Shown here piece after piece: positions 11,101-20,749 of a stretch of DNA of 34,080 nt. Under the pieces are notes generated by a model. It was not told where the DNA came from. It worked only from the letters and a program-made list of their open reading frames with translations, and made no database searches. Origin of the DNA: Octopus bimaculoides. Its lineage: Eukaryota. The position numbers were made by a program, and so were the translations under genes. Positions within the stretch are counted from its first letter, which is position 1. Every line of letters starts with the position of its first letter. The stretch lies in assembly GCF_001194135.2 (NCBI RefSeq), contig NC_068985.1, forward strand, positions 126,288,448 to 126,322,527, given 5' to 3'.

Positions 11101-11110
11101 AAGAAGTTTG

Positions 11111-11170
11111 CTTCCTAACTACATGGTTCCGTGTTCCCTGCGAGGTAACTTGGGCATGTGTCGTCTATTA
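11111..11170 (+). mobile_element. Remainder of the split family-2 SINE
   Basis: cttcctaactacatggttccgtgttccctgcgaggtaacttgggcatgtgtcgtctattata. Confidence 0.7.
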
Positions 11171-11171
11171 T

Positions 11172-11335
11172 ACACCCGACAGGCGTCTTTCAGTTTCCGT
11201 CTACTAAATCTACTCACAAGGCTTTGGTCAGCCTGGGGCTATAGTAGAAGACACACAATGGGACTGAACCCGGAACCATGTGGCTGGAAACCAAGCTTCT
11301 TACCACACAATGACGCATGCGCCTCCACCACGGCC
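11172..11335 (-). mobile_element. tRNA-derived SINE, family 2
   Basis: gggctatagtagaagacac...gggactgaacccggaaccatgtgg...aagcttcttaccacac is the reverse complement of the family-2 head and body. Confidence 0.8.
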
Positions 11336-12059
11336 TTCTCTAAATATCTAAGGCTTCTTGACTTTTGTTGTCCCCTTATTAGCTCACAACACTCCTTATG
11401 TGTGCGCTGGTGTTCCTGATTCAAACCACTGACAGGAAGGTGAACTGGAGCTTATTCATGAACAGAGATCAGAGACAGACAGGATAATGTATTCATAACT
11501 GAATTTCAATTACCTCGGATTTTCATTCTCCTTCTTTTCCTCTTCCTTCTCCATCAACTCCTTCACCTCATAATCATCATCACAAGTATATTGTCTGATA
11601 ATCATATCAAAGGATAATGCTAGAGACTAAACAATATACTTGTGTTTTAATTCACCTCTGAGAGTAAGTAAAATTGACTTGTTTAGCGGAGAACAGATAT
11701 GAGATAAAAGCAATTTCATAGACAAATAAAGACCCATATATACGCACGCACGCACACACACACACATGCATGCATGAAAACACACATACACATATACACA
11801 CATGCACGATCTCATACACATACAGATAAATAAAAACCGATCCAAATTAGCAACAAAGCCAAAGTCGTTGAAAGCAAAACAGAAAAAAATAACATCAGCG
11901 AAAGTGTTCTTTTTTACATTGGGTTTATAGAAACAAGCAATTAAAGTTGTCTGACCTTTGACACGTACTGTGTGATCCTTTTACGTAGTGTAGGTTCACT
12001 TCCGTTTTATGGTTGAATTTTACATTGGCATGCTTGCCTGCTTACAAGCATAAAAGTGA

Positions 12060-12064
12060 ATCTG

Positions 12065-12097
<33 letters not shown>

Positions 12098-12370
12098 GTA
12101 TATATATATATGTATATATATACGTAGAGAGAGAGGGGGGAGTAAGATATGTTTTAGTGTGCGAATGAGACACACAGAGAGAAAGGGAAAAGATAAAGAC
12201 AAATTAGAATGTGTGTGTTCTAGCGCCATAGAGTCTGTATATGCAAACACACAAAATACATACATATATGCACACAGATATATACACACATATACATACC
12301 TACAAGCATACATACATACGTACATACATACATACATACATACATACATACATACATACATACATACGTA
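12060..12370. repeat. Compound (TA)n and (TACA)n microsatellites
   Basis: Direct reading. Confidence 0.85.
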
Positions 12371-13129
12371 CATTATGTATTAGCTACTTATACATTCCCA
12401 TAACTCAAAACAAGTAAGGTCTATGGAACGTGTCCCCACGTTAAGATTTGTTTATGAGAGAAGTATACAAAGTATATATATTAACCCTAATTGTGATGGG
12501 GCCTCTGATAATCAGTGCTAAGAAAATTTAGTTTATAATTTCATAAACTTGAATAATTTATTGCGTCTTGAAGAGAAGTGAGTCTTTGATATAGGGTCTG
12601 TCTAGCTCAATGATTTTCAACCAATTTTTGCTTATAGACCCCTTTGATACCTATTTTACTCCTATTTTACTCGGGGGCTAGAACTCTCAGAGCCAGTTGA
12701 GGTGTAAAAATTCATTTTTATGATTAAATAATTTTAAGAACTGTATTAAAAAATGTTTAAATAGTTTGTGTATAGTAGAAATATAACCAGTTTATTGCAC
12801 ATAAATTTTAACAACAAAATCTTATATAGATCTCCATATCTAGCTCAACTGAATATATTACTCAAAATAGCTCAACACAATTGAATAGACATTTTATATT
12901 AACAAATAGTACTTGTGCATAGTTAAGACCTAAGAAAGATACGTATCACACAGTACCATGGGGCTTTACTTGGTCGTATGCAAAAAAATCATCCACAAAA
13001 ATAAAGACAAAACTGATATCATTGAAAACTGCAGGTCTATGGTTACATTTGTCTGAACTAAATGCATGGGCACAGTGGGTAGTTGTGTGGGAGTCCCATA
13101 AACATAGGGGCCCAATTCTAATTCGTATA

Positions 13130-13440
13130 TGCTGTCGGCTTGCTGGTTACGACAGTGAGTGTTCCAGATGATTCTATCAACAGAACAGCCTGCTCGAGAA
13201 ATTGACGTGCAAGTGACTGAGCACTGCACAGACACGAGTCCCCTTAACATAGTTCCCAGGGAGATTCGGCGTGACACAGATTATGACAAGGCAGGTCCTT
13301 TCAATTTACAGGTACAACTCATTTTTGTTAGTTGGGTGGACTGAAGCAATGAGAAGAAAAGTGTCTTACCCAAGGAGACGAACTCGTAACCTTACAATTG
13401 TGAGCCGAATATCTTTACCACTAATCCATGCGCCTCCATC
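13130..13440 (-). mobile_element. tRNA-derived SINE, family 3 (head, CORE-like centre, shared 3' tail)
   Basis: Minus strand has a tRNA-like head at 13440-13380, then '..cagtccacccaactaacaaaaatgag..', then a tail shared with 29939-30285. Confidence 0.75.
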
Positions 13441-13897
13441 TTGCTGACAATAAATGTATATTATAAGGCCCAATATACAGATTTTTCCCGGAACCTAAAA
13501 CCCTGCTGAAACGGACCTGGCTGAGCCAGCAGTTTGCCTCTCTTAGACGAGCTGCCTTCACGACAATTAAAAAGTACGTCTACACATACCTTCTAATTAT
13601 TATACAGAGCGCTCGTTCACCCTCTCGAGTTAAAACTCCATCAACTTGGCTATAATGAACACTACCAGAGTACACAACCAAACCTGCAATCGGTTAGCAT
13701 GAACACGTAAGCATGTGACTAGCACGGATAAGCCAGCACTCGGTCGAAAACTGTTGAACTGAATGCGTACGTACACACACGCATGCGCACACATTCTTCT
13801 CTCGGTTGACACGGCGGACTGGTTCTGCGAGTCATCGCATACAAACCAAGACCGTCTAAATCGAAGGAGGAACGTTTTTATTAATATTGTCATTACA

Positions 13898-14041
13898 GAT
13901 CCGCCGAGGTTGACTTTGCCTTTCATCCTTTCGGGGGTCGATGAATTAAGTACCAGTTGTGTACTGAGGTCGATCTAATCGACTGCCCCCTCCTCCTCCC
14001 CTATAATATAGGGCCTTGTGCCTAATGTAGAAAAAGATATT
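13898..14041 (+). mobile_element. tRNA-derived SINE, family 1 (5'-truncated)
   Basis: ccgccgaggttgactttgcctttcatcctttcggggtcgatgaattaagtaccagtt. Confidence 0.85.
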
Positions 14042-14119
14042 TTCATTACAGAACGACAGAAACAAATTTTTTAAATAGTTTGAAATGTGGTTAGCTGTTT
14101 CTTAATCATGTTAGTCCTA

Positions 14120-14560
14120 CAGGGTGGTGCACGAAAACTTAGCCCAGGTTCCGTAACATAGTGTAAATACAGAAATGCTTTTGCAAGGATCATTTTGCAA
14201 ATTATTTCAACCGAAAAAAGTACGTTTTTAATTGCTTTACACATGTGAAATGATATGGCTCCAATTTTAGATTTTCCAACACCCTTGACATGACCTCCTG
14301 CTTATGTGAGACTGCTGACCCAATTTACATATTGACTTCTTTGGACTTTGAGTAATCCATTGGCGAGTGTCCTGAATAACTTCCGGCGTTCGAACTGTAG
14401 AGTCTATCTGTTTTGGGTCGTTGTGCCCTGACCCCGTAACGCGCCAATTCTTAACCAACATTTGTATCGTTCTCTTTGCCCTTTAGCCTTTATTTGGAAA
14501 CTTGACTTCAAACATTTCGCGCGTTTGCTCAACAGAATCCGTTCTCATATACGCATCCAC
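14120..14560 (-). mobile_element. Tc1/mariner-superfamily deletion derivative (transposase N-terminal HTH)
   Basis: TA|CAGGGTGGTGCAC terminus at 14118-14132. Minus-strand remnant 'FEVKFPNK...TIQMLVKNWRVTGS...TVRTPE.I......SPKKSICKL'. Other TIR uncertain (possibly ending at about 14653). Confidence 0.6.
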
Positions 14561-14654
14561 AATCTCAACACCTAACTTATTACACCTGGATCCTTGGATC
14601 TTAAATTTACATATCATTATTCTTTGCTCCGACTTTTGCGAACCGTAACTCTGT

Positions 14655-14830
14655 GGAAGATATGGGAATGGAAAAAAATGAAGCTAAGCCTATCACGAAA
14701 GGATATACCCCCAACAAATAAAACTGAATGAATGAAACTCATGATTCACAGTACCAACGACCTGATTCGCCACATGGGATGGAAAGCGTTCTTTGCTCTC
14801 AACAATCTCATAACCAAATCTAAAAATCCG
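14655..14830 (+). mobile_element. Second Penelope-like element, ORF N-terminal remnant
   Basis: 'LSRKDIPPTNKTE*MKLMIHSTNDLIRHMGWKAFF' resembles the PLE motif 'YS.KNIP.P....Y...LI......I.RMRWKAFF'. Confidence 0.55.
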
Positions 14831-15559
14831 AATCACCAAGCCTTCTTTTCTCATTCAGTGCTTTCCACTTATTTTCGATCAATTCTCCTGCGAGTTAACT
14901 TGGGATCCTTTCACAACAATGTAACTTTCATTTAATTAAGGTATATTCCATCTGATGAGTAGCTAGTGGAGCACCCTTCGTTGAGTAATTACTACTTCCG
15001 ACGTTCTCGTAGCTAGAAAATATATCTAGCTCGGATTTCACCCGCTCCATTTCCTAAATTTGGATTTCTATTCGCATACATAGAAACCCTAGTTGCTAAC
15101 CTTGAACTATAAAATAACTTTTTCAGCTTATCGCACTTCGATATAGGAAAAAATTACCACTTCTACGCCCATAGACCACTGTTGTTCCTGAAAGTTTTTT
15201 TTAATACCGTTTACGGACTACTCGAGGCTTACTAAAGTCCTACACGTGTATCGTTGGATGATACATTTATATATCATTATAAACGAAAACAAGATGACAA
15301 AGAAATAAACGATTATTTTATAAACTCCATTAGCTTACAGGCGTTTCTACTATAAGAAGCAGTGGTGGACCTATAGTTGAGTGCAGAAACACCTGCAAGC
15401 TAATGAAGTTCATAACATAATCGTTATTTCTTTTGTCATCGCATTTTCGTATTACCGTTCTATACTCACCTAACACTGTTCTGAAGAATACATATATTGT
15501 GTTCTACACCAGGCTATTAGCCTCGCAATACCTAAGCGAAATATTAAAATTATGTGTGG

Positions 15560-15596
15560 GTATGTGTGTGTGTGTGTGTATACAACATACATATAC

Positions 15597-15660
<64 letters not shown>

Positions 15661-15761
15661 GTATGTATATTTATATCTTTATATATATGTGTATAGACAT
15701 ATATAAATATTCATACATGTTTGCTTATACATACATTCTTACGCACACACANNNNNNNNNN

Positions 15762-15855
<94 letters not shown>

Positions 15856-15940
15856 TGTATATCTATATATATATATACACTTACATACACAAGCTTACAT
15901 ACAACTTCCGTTGCACATATTTAGATAGACAGAGAGACCC

Positions 15941-15986
<46 letters not shown>

Positions 15987-15990
15987 GACC
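15560..15990. repeat. Compound (TG)/(AC)/(AT)/(TAGA) microsatellite block
   Basis: Direct reading; includes the 10-N gap at 15752-15761. Confidence 0.9.
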
Positions 15991-16304
15991 TTTAGAAGTG
16001 CAGTCGATTGCTAAATTTCAGGACACAACTGCTGAAAATAGTTCACGTTGTTTATGTTGTTTACGTAGCCAGTGTTAGGCGCCGTACCTTTGCAGATAGA
16101 TTTATGAGGCACTTACGATCTCATAACATCATTCTATACATAGCACACATTACAGATTATCTTGAATGATAATTTGTTGTGTATCATAAACATATAAATG
16201 CGTGTGTATGTGAGTGAGTTTCTTGCATATATTTTAGTTTCTTGCATATATTTTATTGCTGTTGTGTTTACGTTCAGATGTACTCGGAACGAGCAGCTTC
16301 CTCT

Positions 16305-16308
16305 CTGT

Positions 16309-16378
<70 letters not shown>
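16305..16378. repeat. (TG)n microsatellite
   Basis: Direct reading. Confidence 0.95.
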
Positions 16379-16380
<2 letters not shown>

Positions 16381-17192
16381 CTGTATGTGTCTGTATCCGC
16401 GTGAGTGAGTGTTTGCCCGTTGGGATATTGCAGGATGACTTAATAAAGTGTTTATTTTAGACTGTTTAGTTATGTTGCATACGGGGCAAGGCAATTCTTG
16501 AGTCTGTATATCGAATCGCGGCCCAGAGACTCAGGGAAGAGTCTGTGAATATCTTATTGACTCAACAGTATTCGAAATCAGACAGTTCTCGTTATATGAT
16601 TCATCATTACATGTCTGAGCTTGCTCTAGGTTCTCAGCTAGACAGAGGAGGCGTCTTATAACTACAACAGATATGTGTGTGGCACCAAGCCATTCAGTTG
16701 GCTTCACTGCGTGCCACAACCCTAGGAATACACAACAGCAACACATAGGTCGCTGTCACAGATGAAAGTTAAATGTATTTCCATGACAAGCTATACTGTC
16801 CCAAAGGTTTCTTTATCCGTCACATCTGGAGAAATTGAACTCATGACTCCTAGGTCAACGATCCATTTGTCGTTAACTAACCACTACTCTTAACAGAGAA
16901 TGTTACCAATTATATCGTAGGACACCTGCTTGCAGTTAAGAGCAAAGCCCCTTGGCGACCTCCACAACACATTAGCGCCGAGAAGACACGAACCAGACTT
17001 CCCGTTCGTTGTTTGGCACCTTATCTGTTTGGCAAGCTACACAAAATCAACTGTAATGTGCATCAAAGTTTCAATTTTAGATTGATGGTATAAAAAACAA
17101 CTTTTTAAAGATTTTCGATAAGTAGCCTTCGAAAGCCCGAATTTATATGGGTAAAATCTCCACTCGTTATGCACATCTCTATATCATACTTC

Positions 17193-17326
<134 letters not shown>

Positions 17327-17479
17327 CTCCCTGTTTTATCTTCTAGCTTGTCAACTGACCTGAACACGTTACTATTTGGCGAGGGTTTTTTTTTTACTAT
17401 CTCCACAGCTACAATGTTTGTCCCAAATAATGTCTTTTTCTCAAGGTGTTCCCCAAGATTCTAATATGTCGCCTGCGTG

Positions 17480-18230
17480 TTTTCTCTCTTGAATTAACGA
17501 TCTGCTTGCTGATAGCTCTGAAAACGCTTATACAAGTGATACCAATTTTCATGTCTTCTAACCTACTACACACAATCGTCATTCACAAGCAACATAGACA
17601 CCTCGCATCAAATCTTGCTGGCCTCAGAAACAAAAGCCACGAAAGTTTCTGTGATGCGAGTGTCGTTAATCTAATTTTCTTCGCTGCGTATATCTATGAA
17701 ACAATCTTGTATCTCATCTTTATTACATGTTATTAACATCCTCTCAGTCGCAGCAAATGCTAGGTCTCTGAAATACTGATACTCTCTCCTAGGGATCCGA
17801 CATCCATAAAGTGGCAAAGATTAGCATTCGTCTTTAAAGTTATATAAAATTTCAGCTCCTGATTCTGTAAAGCTCCCAATGAAATACTGATCACACAAAC
17901 AGATCGCTTCTACTGCCTTACTCAAGAACATTCTGGACCCTATCCAAAAGAAGGCTATTCAAGTCATCCCCAGCTTATGTAAGCGCTGCCTCTCAGTCTG
18001 CTTTCATATTGAAACGACGAGGCTACTTGTCAGCTGCATACTATCTCACCCCTCTCCCATTACTCAGTCTGAGTTTCCCGCACACACACGGGCACTCCAG
18101 ACCCCACGCTAATCGCTGTCCTACAACATCAATTCACGAAAACGTCAAACTTTTGGAATTTCGTCACTTCTAATGTTTGCATACAGTCTTCGACTTACAG
18201 CAGTTGAACTTGAATATCAATACATTAACT
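17480..18230 (+). mobile_element. Old CR1/L2/Jockey-group LINE 3' remnant
   Basis: 'INDLLADSSENAYTSDT' (INDL...YADDT-like) and 'LDPIQKKAIQVI'. Heavily decayed. Confidence 0.5.
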
Positions 18231-18337
18231 AATCAGTTACCATTTAAACAAAACACTTAAGATAGAAGGAAGCAGAGAAAGAGACAGACAAACAGACAAA
18301 CAGAGAGGGGCAAGTGAAGAGTTAAAAAGTAACATAC

Positions 18338-18411
18338 TCAATTTAATGATGATTTCAACATGCGTTTCTGGCATATTGATCTTCATACTCCCAGCGTCTC
18401 CAACTCTGAAA
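18338..18411 (-). CDS. LBP/BPI-family gene, internal coding exon C (74 nt, phase 2 to 1)
   Basis: Acceptor TTACTTATTTTCTAG|, donor A|GTATGT. Encodes (F)FRVGDAGSMKINMPETHVEIIIKL(T). Phases bridge exons B and D exactly. Confidence 0.88.
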
Positions 18412-18490
18412 CTAGAAAATAAGTAAACACATTTTAATAATAACACTTTTATGCTTCATAAATGTATAGATGGTGCTGATGGGGAGAAGC

Positions 18491-18588
18491 AGGAGGAAGA
18501 GGGGGAGGAGGAAGAGGGGAGGAGGAAGAGGGGGAGGAGGAAGAGGGGGAGGAGGAAGATGGGGAGGAGGAAGAGGGGTGGAGGAGGG
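18491..18588. repeat. 15-bp polypurine minisatellite (AGGAGGAAGAGGGGG) x about 6.5
   Basis: Direct reading. Confidence 0.92.
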
Positions 18589-18815
18589 CCCCGGTAACGA
18601 TGATTGAGTTGTAAAAGTAAGAGAAGACCAGAAATTTTGATGTGCGAAATAGTGAACAAGCGACAAGAATTTACCAAGTACAGCCCGCTTCTTTTTCAAT
18701 CTCGCACTTCTAAAGATCTTTCTAAAATTTAATTTTTCAATACCTACATACATGTATTTCTAGCAATGTAGGTGTTCTAACACCCTAGTCATAAAAATGT
18801 GATTATTAAAATGTG

Positions 18816-19350
18816 TCAAAAAACTCCGAAGCCACAGAACAATCACTAAATTAATACAGGCATGGTAGGAAAAATTAAGTGAATAAGACTGCATCTTACC
18901 TCCGCAAAGGTTGTAGAAGGAATGGCAGTTAGTCTGATATCATGATTTCGAATTTAGCGCCAAAGGCACTCGATTCTTTTCAGTCAGATCTGCTAGTAGC
19001 AGTTACTGATATTCACTGTTAACATGCCTGTGTTCGTTTGAGTGCCCAAGCAACATTGAAACAACATGAATAATAATGTTCTTATATAGTTTTATAAGTA
19101 ATTCACATGGTTCGTTTGTTTCAATGGTGTTTGGGCACTGAAACGAACACAGGCTTGTTAACAGTGAATATCAGTAACTGCTACTAGTAGATCTGAGTGC
19201 CTTTGGCGCTAAATTCGAAATCATGATATCAGATTAACTGCCATTCCTTCTACAACCTTTGCGGAGGTAAGATGCAGTTCTTATTCACTTAATTTTCCTA
19301 CCATGCTTGTATTAATTTAGTGATTGTTCTGTGGCTTCGGAGTTTTTTGA
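18816..19350. repeat. 535-bp long inverted repeat (foldback)
   Basis: Arms 18816-19064 and 19116-19350 are reverse complements with 7 substitutions, two 1-nt indels and one 14-nt indel (18972-18985). Confidence 0.97.
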
Positions 19351-19934
19351 GTCTATCTTAAGCAAAGCAGGTCCTTATTAATATCCTCCTATATATAAAT
19401 ATATTTTATATATATTTATTAATTTTGCTTGTATAGCTTTTACGCTTGCGGTCACTAACATTAGTATTTTTATGAATGATAATGTTCTTTATATATACAT
19501 ACATACATATATNNNNNNNNNNNNNNNNNNNNNNNNNNNNNNNNNNNNNNNNNNNNNNNNNNNNNNNNNNNNNNNNNNNNNNNNNNNNNNNNNNNNNNNN
19601 NNNNNNNNNNNNNNNNNNNNNNNNNNNNNNNNNNNNNNNNNNNNNNNNNNNNNNNNNNNNNNNNNNNNNNNNNNNNNNNNNNNNNNNNNNNNNNNNNNNN
19701 NNNNNNNNNNNNNNNNNNNNNNNNNNNNNNNNNNNNNNNNNNNNNNNNNNNNNNNNNNNNNNNNNNNNNNNNNNNNNNNNNNNNNNNNNNNNNNNNNNNN
19801 NNNNNNNNNNNNNNNNNNNNNNNNNNNNNNNNNNNNNNNNNNNNNNNNNNNNNNNNNNNNNNNNNNNNNNNNNNNNNNNNNNNNNNNNNNNNNNNNNNNN
19901 NNNNNNNNNNNNNNNNNNNNNNNNNNNNNNNNNN

Positions 19935-19978
<44 letters not shown>

Positions 19979-20305
19979 CAGAGAGAGAGAGAGAGAGATA
20001 CACATACATATACACACATATATATAAATCTATATATATATATGTGTGTGTTTGTGTGTGTGTGTGTATGCGTGCGCACGCACACACACATATACACGTA
20101 TATGCATATATATATATGCACTGAAGCACAAACTCCACCATTGTATATATGTGTTGAGAGAGAGTAAAAGACAGACAGACAGACAGACAGACAAGACAAA
20201 CTGACTGACAGTCACAGAAAACAAATTTTTAAAAATGCTCGCAACAAACTCACAGATGACATCAAAGTCTATGTGCGATCTACATTAGTTAAATTGAATA
20301 CTTAC

Positions 20306-20437
20306 AACCACAATTTTTTCGAGTAACGCCAGTTACCAGTGATCTGTGCATTTGGTATTGTCATCGACCATTTTAGACCGTGTCCAGGCACAAAAGCAAT
20401 GCTACCGTGGGGTTTTGTTAATTTATCTACATACAGA
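20306..20437 (-). CDS. LBP/BPI-family gene, internal coding exon B (132 nt, phase 2 to 2)
   Basis: Acceptor GTTCTTTTTCTTTTCAG|, donor TT|GTAAGT. Encodes (N)LYVDKLTKPHGSIAFVPGHGLKWSMTIPNAQITGNWRYSKKLW(F), matching the BPI/LBP 'PxxGL...I.G.W' strands. Confidence 0.92.
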
Positions 20438-20549
20438 CTGAAAAGAAAAAGAACAAACAAAATGAATTTTAGATTAATAATTACAGTGACATCTAAACAA
20501 CTAATAGTGAATTTGTTTTATGTATGTATGTATGTATTTGCATAAAGTT

Positions 20550-20584
<35 letters not shown>

Positions 20585-20749
20585 ATGTATATATATATCA
20601 GTTCGTATATATAAATATAGATAATATATTGATATATAATATATAATATAATATATATGATAATTAGTGCCATCTCCTATATTCCCACCCTAACCGATGT
20701 TTTGTGAGTGAATGTGTGTGTATGTATGTATGTATGTATGTATGTATTA

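Noticed and set aside
12608-12700. hAT-MITE-like terminus caatgattttcaacc
   Set aside because: No matching opposite TIR or 8-bp TSD found.
15990-16035. Minus-strand CAG|TTGTGTCCTGAAATT ('LCPEI'), resembling the BPI exon expected after exon D
   Set aside because: It lies upstream of exon D in transcript order, hits TAG immediately and has no good donor.
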